Source: Nemertoderma westbladi
Taxonomy: Eukaryota > Animalia > Xenacoelomorpha
Direction of reading: 5' to 3'
Length of the DNA stretch: 37,708 nt
NCBI GenBank assembly: GCA_032718475.1
Contig: JAUCBJ010002198.1
Span: 1-37,708 of the forward strand
Below the pieces are notes generated by a model. That model saw only the letters and a program-made list of their open reading frames with translations. It ran no database searches and was not told where the DNA came from. The number at the start of each line of letters is the position of its first letter. Position 1 is the stretch's first letter. The translations under genes were made by a program, and so were the position numbers. Positions 23,617-35,954 of this stretch are shown in pieces.

Positions 23617-25494
23617 CTAATTTTGGTTTGAGGCAGAAGACAAATTATAGTCTCCTGTCTCGATGCGTGTCTCCTCTAATAACACGATATCTTGGACCGG
23701 TATGTCCAAGGTGTGTAAACCATTAGTTTTACACTTCTTTTGGTTTGGACACTTGCACCTTATTTTTACAGTGATGGTGCGCACTATATTTTGTACGTCC
23801 GGGTGTATGTGCAAGATGACTCCGGTCTCCCAATACTTTCTCTTGACAACTGGTTCGGTTATTAATACGTAGTCTCCTCTTTGGAGGCTCCGAACTGTTT
23901 TGTACCACTTGGATCTGGTGGATATTGTGGGAAGATAATATTCCCGCCAATATTCCCAGAATGTGTACGCAACGAATTGAGTTATTTTCCAGCTCTTTCG
24001 ACTATATAGGTCGGCACTAATGGGTTCTGATGCCGGCACAAGAAACGCTGGACTCTGCATTAGCAAATGATTCGGCGTTAATGCAACACCATCTGGCAAC
24101 ATAGCTATCAGCCTCGAGTTCAATGTAGGCTCGATTTCGATGAAAGCTGTTACCAGCTCGTCGTCGGTAAGTTGTTTGTTTACAGGCAATGTTTTAGCAA
24201 TGTCCTGCTTTATGGAGCAAACCAAACGCTCCCAACTTCCTCCTCTCCTGGGACTTTCTGGAGTGTTAAATTTCCACTCCACTCTTTGCGGCAAAAGTGC
24301 TGCAGAGATTTCTCTATTCTGCGCCGCCCTATGAGCCACGTTCAACTCGCTATTCCCTCCGACAAAGTTTGTACCCTTGTCGGAGTAGAACGCCTTTACT
24401 AGTCCTCTCCTGGCCATAAATCTCTTTAAGGCCAGGAGCAGAGATTTGGTTGACATGTCTGCCACACGCTCTATATGTACGGCTCTACTAGCCATACATA
24501 TCAGTAGCAGGCCCCATCATTTGTGGGTCAGCTGTCCACTCTTTGCCTCAATCGGACCAAAACAGTCCACCCCTGTATTTGTAAAGGGTGGGTCATATGC
24601 CTGCACTCTCGCTTCCGGGAGTTCAGCCATCTCCTGTTCCAATACTCTGGCGTTCACCCTCTTGCAAACCAGACAGGCATCGTACATAGTACCTACTGCC
24701 CTGCTTGGCTGCAATAGAATGAATCGCTGTCTCGCTGCCGACAAACAGTGTAACTTTCCCGCGTGATGCAACCTCTTATGTATATCCCATAGAATCGCTC
24801 TTTGCAATTCTATTGGGTGACTAGGGATTATCACTGGGAACCTAAACTGTGAGTTTATGTCGACAGTCTGGATTCTCGATCTATGACAAATCAAACCCTT
24901 ATGGATTAATGGGCTCCATTTTCTAAGGGGTTTATAGAGAACTGGTCGTTGAGCCGATAATAGATAGAATTCTTTAGGGAAGGCACACATTTGATAATGC
25001 TTCAAATGTTTTTATTCCGCTTGATCAATCTCATCCTCTGTCAGAGGTTGTTTCAATCTCCGAATTCGCTCGCTATTAGCGCTCGTTTGTTCTCCTAAAT
25101 GTTCCGAATGTTTTAAACAAAGGTACGAAACGTATCGGCTTAACCACGCAGTTCTTTTACAAATTGTCAGCCAAGAGGCGGACGAATTTAGTAATTTGTC
25201 ATAAATACTACATGGCTCTAATGTCAGCGACGGTTGCCCGCTAGCTAACGGAAGTTTCGAATCCAAACCCACAGGTTTGGAAACCGTAGGCTCCATTTTG
25301 TCGGTCATTTTCTGTCCGTCACTTACCAATTGTGACCCTTGTGTAGTCTGTAAGGGTGGTTTTATGTCATAACTTACCCTTCCAGACCTTGTAGTCACGT
25401 ACGTCTCTTCGTCTGACAGGTCTCCGGGCCGCTCCAATGACTCTTCAGGCCGCTCCAATGACTCGTGTTTGGCTTTCGACTTAGACTTCTGCAT
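23617..25494 (-). pseudogene. Element B integrase and DUF5641-like C-terminus (stops and frameshifts)
   Basis: HKRLHH...CLVC Zn finger; VDCFGP, SDKGTNF, GSWERLV; LTPNHLL; WREYYLPT...KW. Confidence 0.93.
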
Positions 25495-27343
25495 CCATCG
25501 GCATCGGATTAGTTACTATCTTCAGTCGCTCTGGCCAATGCTCCTGTGTCCTCGTTAGAAAATCAGGTCCATGCAACCAAAACTCCTGGGACTCCTCCTG
25601 ACAGAATTCCGCCGGGATAGCACATCTCGAAGTTATGTCGGCCGGGTTCAACACTCCCGGACAATGTCTCCATTGTTCCTTCGTCGAGAAGTCGATGATC
25701 TGAGCGCGTCTGTTGGCCACAAATGTCTTTAGTGCAATATTATCAGCTGCAATATACACTAACACTAAGGATGCGTCCGTCCAATAGAATAAGGTCAATG
25801 TCATCTCTAACTCCTCTATTATCTGCTTACTTACCTCGACTGAGACTACTGCCGCCTGCAACTCTGCACGAGGGACAGTCATGTATTTGACCGGCATTGT
25901 CTTTGATCTAGAAGTCACAAAGGTCGTCTCAAACTTGTCCTGACTTACCTTTCGGCAAAGGTAGGCTACCATACCAAAGCCGGTGTCACTTGCGTCACTA
26001 AATAAGTGCAGTTCTAAATCAGCTGGAAATACCAGCTGATTCGGAAAGTAGGAGCAGGGTACATCTATATTTTTCAATAGATGTAACTCGGCTTCCCACT
26101 CTCTCCCCTGCTTTGCATGTATGGGGGATATTGGCTCATCCCACTCTAGGTCGGACAACCAAATTTTCCTCATACATATTCGTGCCTGTAATATTACCGG
26201 GCTGATAAAGTTCATCTGGTCAAATAGTCTACTCATTGTCGATAAGCAGATTCTCTTAGTCAAAACTTTGTCCGGACTACTGGGCTCAAACCTAACTCTC
26301 ACCTGGAACTTATCCGTGTTCGGATTCCAAGCGAGTCCCAGTACTCGCGCCATGGGGATGGGTTCTACCCCCAATTCAATGTCTCCGCTCCCGCGATCTT
26401 TCACCGGGAACGATTCTAATAGGGCCTCCGAGTTGGTGGTGAACTTGGTCAGTGGAAAACCCCCTGTAGCCAAGCACTCCTGTAGGCTGTGAGCCACTTC
26501 TATGGCTTGTTCCGCTGTGTCCTTGGACACCAATCTGTTGTCCATGTAGAAGTTTCTCAGGATGGACTCGATAACGTCTACTGGATACTTACCAATCTGG
26601 GCCGTTGCCGTTTTCTTTAGAACAAACAGCGTGCCGTTGGGACTATCGCGGGCACCGAATATCCTGACATACATCTGGTATGTAACCACTGGGCCGGATA
26701 GGTCTTCATTCTCAAACCAGAGAAATCGGAGACTATCCTGGTCCGCCTTGCAGGCTCTTACCTGGTGAAACATCGCCTCGATGTCGCAAGTAAAGGCGAA
26801 TCGCCGCTGTTTAAAGCGTAACAGTATCCTTATTAAGTAGTTATTTAAGTTGAGACCATCCATCAACTCTGAATTCAGGGACATACCTCTATAGACTGCT
26901 GCGCAGTCATTGACTACTCTGACCTTGTCTGGTTTGTCAGGGTGAGTCACATAGTGGTGTGGGAGGTAATAAGTCTGGTCCGCCACTAAGTCTGGGTCCT
27001 CTACCTTCCCAGCAAATCCCTTGGCAAAATAGTTGTTTATCTGGGCGCAATACTTCTCCCTAACGTCTGGATTCTTCAGCAACCAAGCCCTTACTCCGTT
27101 CAATCTTTTCAAAGCCAAGTTGTAGTTGTTCTCCAACTTAAGAGGTTGTCGACGCCACAACATTCCAACTTCAAAATGTCCTGTCGGTAGCAGACGTATG
27201 GTATCTTCCATCATCTCCAGCGACCGTTTCTCGTCAGTGGACATGGTTAGGTCATATCCACCGGGTTCCATTGCGTCCCTATCCAGCCATTCGACGGTTC
27301 TAGCTCCTGTCTCGAGGTCCTGGCGTATCAATTCCTTCTGCAA
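25481..27343 (-). pseudogene. Element B RT and Pao RNase H
   Basis: YYLPHHYV, KVRVVNDCAA, CDIEAMFHQV, LRFLW, FYMDN (YxDD changed to YxDN), VLGLAW, LHLFSDAS, VPRAELQAA, YWTDA, NPADITSR. Confidence 0.95.
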
Positions 27344-27358
27344 CTCCTCCTCACTGTA

Positions 27359-30300
27359 TTAGAAAATGTCGAGGTCTCGATATTTAGCCACCTGACCCTC
27401 CACTATGTCGGTATAAGTCAAAATGTTACTCAAATAAGTGGCGTGGGCCGCTGAACCAGACCCACGGGTCTGATAACAGTACTCCTCGGGTTCACTATCT
27501 GTCTGGTCGTTGTAGAGTGGTTCCGACAATCTAACATTATCGGGAATCAACTCCTCGTCCGACTCGCTAACGTCACTATAGTGGTCAATGCAGGTTCTCC
27601 TAAACTCATCTATGTCTGGTGGTTCTACTAACGGTGGTTGAGTTATAGGCTGTAATCCGTCGCGTCTATCCTTTGGCTTTTCACCACCTGTAAACTCATA
27701 AGACATGGGTACTCGTGTATACCAACCTAATATAGTCCTATGGGCGTGTGGTCCATTTACATGCGGCTCAGCTGGTCTCGTTTCCCATATTTGGTGCACA
27801 ATCAGCTGTTCTGCTCCAATTAACATAGACACATTCCTATAACCTACCTGGTATCTCGGTATTCTGAGCTTGTCAAAATACCCCTGTGCTATGGGACTCA
27901 TCGGTGGCACCTTACCTAACTGCCTGCCGAACCCTTTCATAGCTAGACACTTGAATCCGTCCAATGGCAACGCTCTCCGTTCTTGGCGAGTGTGCTGGTC
28001 TCTCGGGAGTAGGGAGTCTAGTTCTACCGAAATCTTGTGTCCCTTGAGGTCCCCTACCCCCCGTGCATGGACTTTAACTCTATTTGGATCTCCTCAGCAT
28101 CCTGGAAGCTGGAAATGGCTCTCGACACTTCCTCGTCTATATATGATAATGTGGACGCAGTGTCTAACATCACATATATTCTCTTTGATCCCTTGTCTCC
28201 GGTAAGTTTCACCGGAATCACGCTGAATATTTCCGACGTGGCCGATGATGAATACGTCCGCGAGCTGGTCGACGAACTATCCGCGGTGAACCCTTGGCAG
28301 GTCACCTCTCTCGCGCTTGCCTCACCATCCTCGTCCGACGAACCTGGTTGATACCCATCATCCTGGATGCCGGTATATGTATTTCTTCTTATTGTTACAG
28401 GATCTCTGCCCCCCTTCCTTTGAGGATTTCTCTGTAAGTAATGGTCCGTTGTGGTATGGAAATCTGCATGTAGCAACTTGTGATGTAGTCTGCCGCACTC
28501 CATGCATCCGTCCTCGCTGTTCGGGCACTGGCGCCATACGTGACCTGGCGCAAGACATGCCCAACAGGTGTCCAACGTCTGCACTTGAATTATTATCTGT
28601 TCCGAAGTTAACTCTTTGAACCGTCTGCAACTGTCTAACTTGTGGTCGTCCGATCTTACCTCTTTTTGTAAGCAGAATTGGCAACCTACAAATCCATCTG
28701 GCAACTCCTGTTGCTTTACCTTAGGTCTATCTGACCGCTCACCTGACCATACTCGCGAGTCTGATCTAAAGGCAGGGGTACTCGAATTATATCTGTCTAC
28801 TGAGTTAAAAGTCACAGTGGTCCTGTCATCGTCAAAACTTACCATTGACTTACCGGTAACAAATTTAGACTCCCTCATATTCTCCTCTGAGAAGTTTGAT
28901 TTCATCTCTGCTACCGCATCTGTGGCTATCATGTCATGGATGTGTTGAAGTGTCAACACCTTACCTTGACCCTCTAACTTATTCTCTAATTTGCGCCATT
29001 TCTGTCGGTAACGCATGTTTAAACGTCTTATTATGCTCTTCAAAACTTCAGCGTGATCACCATGATGAGGTAGATTCACCGTCCTCAAGATGTCTAATGC
29101 ATTCGAAATAGCGTTCACTAAGTTCAACAGCTCTAACGGAGTTATAATCATTCCGCCCTTACCCAAGTCTTCCACTATCGACTGTGCCATCTTGGTTTTA
29201 TTCCCGTAGATGTCGCTAAGTGTCTTCATAGCTAATTCAAAGCTCATTCATTAGCTCTTTCATTGCCGACGAAGTTATCAGCAATGGCTCTAGGTTCTCG
29301 ATGGAGCATCTGTAGCAGATAGTTGAACTTCTCGTTGGGAGTAAAGGTGCTGCTTAAACGTCCTCCAATGTTTATGGTTGCCCATAAACTTCTGGGGTTG
29401 TTGCGTCGGCAGTCCTTGTCTAGCGGCAAACTTACCTATGTCTCTATGGGTTGCGTCGTTCCGGGTTAACAAATTATTTAGTTCTGCAGGGTTATTAAGT
29501 CTGGTCATTTCCCGGGGATTCATACTTACCTGCTCCGCGTCGGTCCTTCTTTCCTTCCGGTTTTGGGACTTCTGACGTCTCATTTCTTCCTCTTCATCAC
29601 TCGAGTCTGTGTCAGTCCTCAGCGCTCGTGTTGGTTTATGTGCCGAAGCTCTGACCCAGGCCTCTTGTATAAATCTTTCCGCCGAATTTTCGAAGTTGGG
29701 ATTATGGATCGTAGGGACGGGCGTTCTTACCTGAGGTCTATGTGGTCTAATTCAGGCCTGCTAGGATTAGAATTACTTCTTACCTGGGCTGCTTCCTTTA
29801 ACTGTAGGTTACTAAGCATGTCCGTTATAGGTTGCATGTGCGGCGATATAGCTTGCGCTAAACTGGCACTTAACTCCTCCCTCGTAATAAATTCCTGGCT
29901 AGGGTTCTGCTGTATTGTCGGCTCTATCTGAATAATCCGCTGTCTCTCATACGATCCCTCTTCCGGTTTAACCCGGAAGTTCTCCTTCGAACTGGGTCGG
30001 CGATCCGTCCGCGCACTCCAAACCTGTGGGTTCGGTTCGCCAAATACTCGGCCTGTCAGAGTTTCTTCTCTAAACTCCTCCTCCCGATAATAATTGCGTT
30101 GTAGCGCGCCGTCCTGATGGCGTGGATCCTGCGCAATGGGTGAAGCACTAATACCAACCGGCGTGTGATATGTAGAGAACGGTTTAGCGATCCGAGTACT
30201 CGTAATAGCTGGACCGGGTATAGGAATGCTGGTCGTCGTCGACTCGCGTATAGTCGGAGTTCTCGCCTCCTGTTCGGCCTTCTGCTGTGCGAACAGTTCT

Positions 30301-31102
30301 CGCAACTCGGTACCTACACTCGCCCCACATTCGTTGATCATTCGCATCCCCTTCTCGGCGATTTCATTCGCCTTCCTGGTCCGTTCTTTGCTCTCTAGGT
30401 TTAGTCTCGCACTTTCCAACTGCGCCAACTTACGTTGTTCTTCTTCCCTCGCAAGTCTCGCTGCGCTCTCCTCTTCCAGGCGCGCCTTCTCTTCGTATAG
30501 CGCACGTTGCTCTTTTTCGATCTCGAGTTCTCGTTGCTTGCGCTCGCGTTCGAGTTGAAGCTTGCTTTCCTTCTGTTTGCATTTGAATTCATTGCGCTCG
30601 CGTTCGGCTTGTAGTTCGCATTCCTTGCATTCGCGTTCGGCTTGAAGTTCGCGTTCCTTGCGCTCGCGTTCCGCTTGCTCACGCTTACATATATCCTCCA
30701 ACTCTCGCAGTTTCGCGTCTAACTTACGTGTGCGCTCCCGTTCCCGCTCGGCTTCCTTCCGTGCTTCCGATGCACGCAAAACTTCTGCCTGTTCTTCGTC
30801 TAGTCGGCGTCTTCTCTCCTCCGCCGAGTTCTGAGAAACAAGGGACCTGAGAATCGCCACTGTCTCTAGATGCATCGTCGGGTGGAGTTAACGTCCTCTG
30901 TTGGATGTTGTCCGTCGTCGGTAGCACCTGACCCGGTACCACCACTCCAGTCTCCATCAGCCAGCTGGTGACTTCCCTCTGATACTTTCGCTCTTCCTTG
31001 TCTTGGGTCTCTTCCCACTCCACTAAGTTCCACCACTCCGTGTCGCTTACCTGAGGCGCCTGCGCTTGTGATGCCCATAGCAACCAGTTCTCTGTCCTAA
31101 CT
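27359..31102 (-). pseudogene. Element B Gag (coiled-coil, core, three BEL-type Zn knuckles) and aspartic protease
   Basis: CQFC..H..C, CWACLAPGHVWRQC and CMECGRLHHKLLH; protease VMLDTAS; MLIGAE; HRTILGW. Frameshifted. Confidence 0.9.
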
Positions 31103-31871
31103 TTCCCGGAGTAGGTTGGCGCTGTGGTTTTGGAAAGAATCAACACGCAGTTGACATTTTGTGCTACAATGTCCCTTTACCCCACAATAAATATCCACAT
31201 TGAGAAATGAAGATGGTGCATGTATGGAATGAGTGATCTGTCTCGTTGCACCAACGGCAGACCTTATGCGCCGCCTCTACTACAGCGTCGCACGACTTTT
31301 GACTATGCCTTGTGCTGCCGCACAACTTGCATCTACGCGCTTGTGGAAACCAGGCCCTCTCATATATGAGGTCTGCAATCGGCTTCGCACTCCCTTCCTT
31401 CCCAATGTCTAAAACGATGTCGTCCTCTCCGGTCAGAGGTTATCGATCCGGAACAAAGTAAACATCCTCGCCTTTGTCCTCTATCTCCAACATTTCCTCC
31501 CGCTTTCGTTTCGGATATGTCTTCTCCACCGGGAGATCCACTCCGAACACCTCTACTAACATCTCCGGCCAACCCTCTCTAACGGGTCTATCCGCCTCCA
31601 AGTGGACGGGAGTACCAAACCCGTGGGTTTGATTCCCGAACCACTTCGCCAAGGCCTCTGGTGTCAGATACTCCATCGACAGTTGGTCTCCCAAATCTCC
31701 GATGTTCTGTCGATATACTCCTTCGAATATCGCTCATCCTCTCCTAACCATCGATGTGTTCTCTAGCGATTTTTTGAAGAACGGGGTTAAGAAACGCTTC
31801 ATCACGTTGGATTGGATTCCCCCTTTCGAGCGAACGTATTGATCTCCTCCGAACACCAATGGATGACGCTT
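31103..31871 (-). pseudogene. Third copy of the ORF3 zinc-knuckle fragment, wedged between Gag segments
   Basis: Matches 19963-20731 and 12744-13512. Confidence 0.9.
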
Positions 31872-31883
31872 GGACGCAATGGA

Positions 31884-33676
31884 GTCCGCGCACTCCAAAC
31901 CTGTGGGTTCGGTTCGCCAAATACTCGGCCTGTCGGAGTTTCTTCTCTAAACTCCTCCTCCCGATAATAATTGCGTTGTAGCGCGCCGTCCTGATGGCGT
32001 GGATCCTGCGCAATGGGTGAAGCACTAATACCAACCGGCGTGTGATATGTAGAGAACGGTTTAGCGATCCGAGTACTCGTAATAGCTGGACCGGGTATAG
32101 GAATGCTGGTCGTCGTCGACTCGCGTATAGTCGGAGTTCTCGCCTCCTGTTCGGCCTTCTGCTGTGCGAACTGTTCTCGCAACTCGGTACCTACACTCGC
32201 CCCACATTCTTCAATCATTCGCATCCCCTTCTCGGCGATTTCATTCGCCTTCCTGGTCCGTTCTTTGCTCTCTAGGTTTAGTCTCGCACTTTCCAACTGC
32301 GCCAACTTACGTTGTTCTTCTTCCCTCGCAAGTCTCGCTGCGCTCTCCTCTTCCAGTCGCGCCTTCTCTTCGTATAGCGCACGTTGCTCTTTTTCGATCT
32401 CGAGTTCTCGTTGCTTGCGCTCGCGTTCGAGTTGAAGCTTGCTTTCCTTCTGTTTGCATTTGAATTCCTTGCGCTCGCGTTCGGCTTGTAGTTCGCATTC
32501 CTTGCATTCGCGTTCGGCTTGAAGTTCGCGTTCCTTGCGCTCGCGTTCCGCTTGCTCACGCTTACATATATCCTCCAACTCTCGCAGTTTTGCGTCTAAC
32601 TTACGTGTGCGCTCCTGTTCCCGCTCGGCTTCCTTCCGTGCTTCCGATGCACGCAAAACTTCTGCCTGTTCTTCGTCTAGTCGGCGTCTTCTCTCCTCCG
32701 CCGAGTTGTGAGAAACAAGGGACCTGAGAATCGCCACTGTCTCTAGATGCGTCGTCGGGTGGAGTTAACGTCCTCTGTTGGATGTTGTCCGTCGTCGGTA
32801 GCACCTGACCCGGTACCACCACTCCAGTCTCCATCAGCCAGCTGGTGACTTCCCTCTGATACTTTCGCTCTTCCTTGTCTTGGGTCTCTTCCCACTCCAC
32901 TAAGTTCCACCACTCCGCGTCGCTTACCTGAGGCGCCTGCGCTTGTGATGCCCATAGCAACCAGTTCTCTGTCCTAACTCGTCGGAATCGCTCCGATAAC
33001 GCGCGGTGTTCTAACAAAGCCGCTAAAGCCCTGTCGTAAAGCCTCGTTGCTACGTCGCTCGACTGAGACTCCACTGCTCTCTTCTCTAGGACTGCAAGCT
33101 CCTCCGTCTGCTTGAATAACGCTGAGTTGTATCCCTTTCTAATCTCTACTAACCCTTCCCTTCCAATGTTACCAGAGTCGGCTAGCATCTTCCTTACCTT
33201 GTCCGTCGTCCGGGTTATATGTCCGGCATGCGCGCGAAGTTTCTTCTTTATCGCGATGTCCAGTTGCTGTTCGCTTACCTGACTTACACTCGCTGGACTT
33301 GAAGGATTATTACGGGAACTACGGGTACTCCGTACAGCCGCTGAGGCCACGGCACTTACCATACCCACAGGTCTGGAAACCGGGCTCCGGGCTCTCGCTT
33401 CTGCTATACTACTTTCCCTATCACTCATCTCTGGCCGGGCTGCTGTGCAATCCTTCCTTACAGTAGCGGTAGGGGATCCTAATACTATTATCTCACCTGG
33501 CTCATCCTCACTGGTTACTGTCTCGTCCTCCTGTTCACTTACGTCAGCGTCACTCGCTGCGTCGTCATAGTCGGCATTGTCATCAACAGTTATATTGACG
33601 TTAAGTTATCGTAAGTCGGCGGTCCAGCCGCCGTCTCATAGCTATCCTCTAGTGCCTCCTTCTCTGAGACACTCAT
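31884..33676 (-). pseudogene. Element B Gag N-terminus (original 5' copy)
   Basis: Probable ATG at 33676 (MSVSEKEALEDSYE). A frameshift near 33600 leads into the frame of 32601-33428, and a second frameshift leads into the coiled-coil ORF 31802-32737. Confidence 0.75.
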
Positions 33677-34027
33677 AGTCTAAGTATATAATTTGCCTTC
33701 CGGCCAAAATCTCGCAAAATTCGAGATTTATTAATTTAATCGAAAATACGATTAAATTATTTGTCAAATAATTAGTTGGTCTCAAATGTCGAAATAAATT
33801 TGCAATATAATATTATGAATTTAATAGGATATAGTTATAGCAAATACCGGTATAAATATTTAAACAAAAATATTATTCTATAGCTATTATATAGCATTTA
33901 AATACCGGTATGACACAAAATAGTTTCTGAATCTAATTCAAAATATTAAAAAAATGAATTAGTTACCCAAATATTTCTAATTTTATATATATAGCTCTAA
34001 TCGACGTAATTTTAATTTCAAATATTA

Positions 34028-35306
34028 TAGGCTACTTAAAACGAGTGTTAGAGGCTTACATTCAGAGTGTTCACTTATCGCCTAATCGCAAATACTGGGG
34101 TTCCCTAATGGAATGTATGAATGTGAGAATGTTTAAATAACTCAAAGTGTGACAGAATGTCCTATCGGGACAGGTACTGTGGGTCTAAACTTGCCTTCGG
34201 CTGGCTTTAGGCCAGCAACTTACTACTGCGTACTGAATACTGCTATCTAGCTTATTGCCCGCTATTTTCAAATAACCGCCCAGCGTGAATAGTTTACAGT
34301 ACTCCAAATAATTACTTTAGCTACTCTCCGCTATGCTGCGTACAAATTCTTAATTTTACTAATTAATTACAGTCACAAATATGAAACAGCGTACTAATTA
34401 CTAAGTGTTCCAGACTGCGCAATTCTAATTTATTACGCACCTGGTTACACTAGTAACAGCCTAAATACCATATTATTTTGACCTAATCAGTAATTATTTA
34501 TCATGAACTAAGAAATAGAAATCAATCAAGGGAAAAGGGCGCCTATCTAAGCATTCATAATTTAAGAATCAGGCACACTTTAGCAATAGACAAATCAGCA
34601 TAACAATCAATAGCCAATACTTAACAGTTAGCAGCTTGCAGTGTAAAACACGAAGACCTCTCCCAGGTGCATATAGGCTTCCTAACTAAACCAATACCTG
34701 CCCCCCAATACTACAAAATAGAGACAAAATCTGGATCGTCAGCCCCCTAATTACTGTCACGGCTACTGGACTTCAGTCTACACTGCCCTGCTTCCGACCG
34801 CAACGGTGACCCCCCCCCGCCAGCGTTGCTCCGCCTTTGAACCCTCTGCACTCCCTTCGTCGCTACCCCCCGGTGCGCCCACCGCGCCTACCGGTACCTT
34901 AGCCCTCCATTAGAATGAATAGCTACCGTAGAGGCGCATGCAATCACAAACAGTCTGACAGTCTAAAGAAAATCCCATGGGATTATCGCATCTTAAATCA
35001 CATAGAACCATTAATCAAAAGGGTAGAAATTATAGTTCGAATTGTAATTTGCAGTAACCATCAAGATTGATTAAGAAACACAGCAAAGAACAGAGCAGAA
35101 ATTACAAATTTGCGAATTATTGCAAGAAACAAAATATAAGAAAGATTACTGAGGTAGGGCTACATACTGTACAAAATGGATAAGATTCACAAATATGGAT
35201 ATTTTATTCTGCTTATCTAAATATGGTTGCTCGTCATTATAGCTTATCTAAATAATTATACTGTATAACGGGCTAATAATGGTACACAGCGCCATATATC
35301 GTAACA
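34028..35306 (-). repeat. 5' LTR of element B (inner end missing; middle differs from the 3' LTR)
   Basis: Two blocks are homologous to the 3' LTR. 34622-35151 has no match there, and the equivalent of 10092-10325 and a PBS are absent. Confidence 0.85.
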
Positions 35307-35500
35307 GCACTCGACAGCTCGACTAAATCTGTAAATCAAAAGCAACAATTCCCCACCGGCCCGGCACACAAACCGACACAGGTTCGTTATCTTCACTGGG
35401 TCCCCGTCTATGGATTAAGTTTCCCACAAACGTCACATCGGCAACCAGTGTCGAGTCCTTCAAGCATCTCGTGAAAAATTACTATTTAGATTGTCTGATT
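35307..35500 (+). mobile_element. Decayed LINE ORF2 C-terminus, right half
   Basis: Translates to TGSLSSLGPRLWIKFPTNVTSATSVESFKHLVKNYYL, the SFSxxGPxLWNxLP...SxxxFK tail of CR1/L2-group LINEs. Confidence 0.75.
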
Positions 35501-35644
35501 GTATTCGCACCACAGACAACGATGACCATGCAGCCATGTACTGATGTATGGTAAACAGTAAACACCACATTTCTGCATTCATATATTTTAACTATTTTAA
35601 TTTATCATATTCTTTTTTTTCTTTTTATATACAGTAGGGCACTT

Positions 35645-35908
35645 TGTCAATATTGACATGTTGTCAATATTGACATGTTGTCAATATTGACATGTTGTCA
35701 ATATTGACATGTTCCATGTCAAAATTGACATAAATTTTTTAAATATTGCGATTTGAAAAGTAAAAAATGTTTTTTTGTAAAGATAATACCTATTTTACCG
35801 GTAATTAAAATATTGTAGAATCCAACCAATGTATATTGTTGTTTGTAATAATTTTAATGATATGTTTTATTGCATGTCAATTTTGACATCTAATGTCAAT
35901 ATTGACAT
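35645..35908. repeat. Palindromic TGTCAATATTGACA array with mirror-symmetric arms (MITE-like relic)
   Basis: Four 17-bp tandem units at 35645-35712; ATGTCAAAATTGACAT at 35716-35731 and its inverse at 35874-35889; ATGTCAATATTGACAT at 35893-35908. Confidence 0.75.
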
Positions 35909-35954
35909 GAACGCTGGGTTCTTATGTTCATTTCACCCCCACCAAATCTATTTA

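Larger units (their letters stand above)
10092..35306 (-). mobile_element. BEL/Pao LTR retrotransposon, element B, internally rearranged (~25.2 kb)
   Basis: LTR-homologous blocks at both ends; minus-strand termini TGTT (35306) and AACA (10092); flanks ACACT (10087-10091) and GCACT (35307-35311) form a 4/5 TSD; complete gag-pol order at 23617-31102. Confidence 0.92.

Noticed and set aside
203-32463. Numerous plus-strand ORFs
   Set aside because: They are antisense shadows of the minus-strand coding frames or low-complexity translations with no recognisable motifs.
33690-33715. PBS for element B (minus-strand TTTTGGCCGGAAGG)
   Set aside because: It is not adjacent to an LTR end and I cannot match it to a tRNA 3' end. 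The true PBS appears deleted with the LTR inner end.
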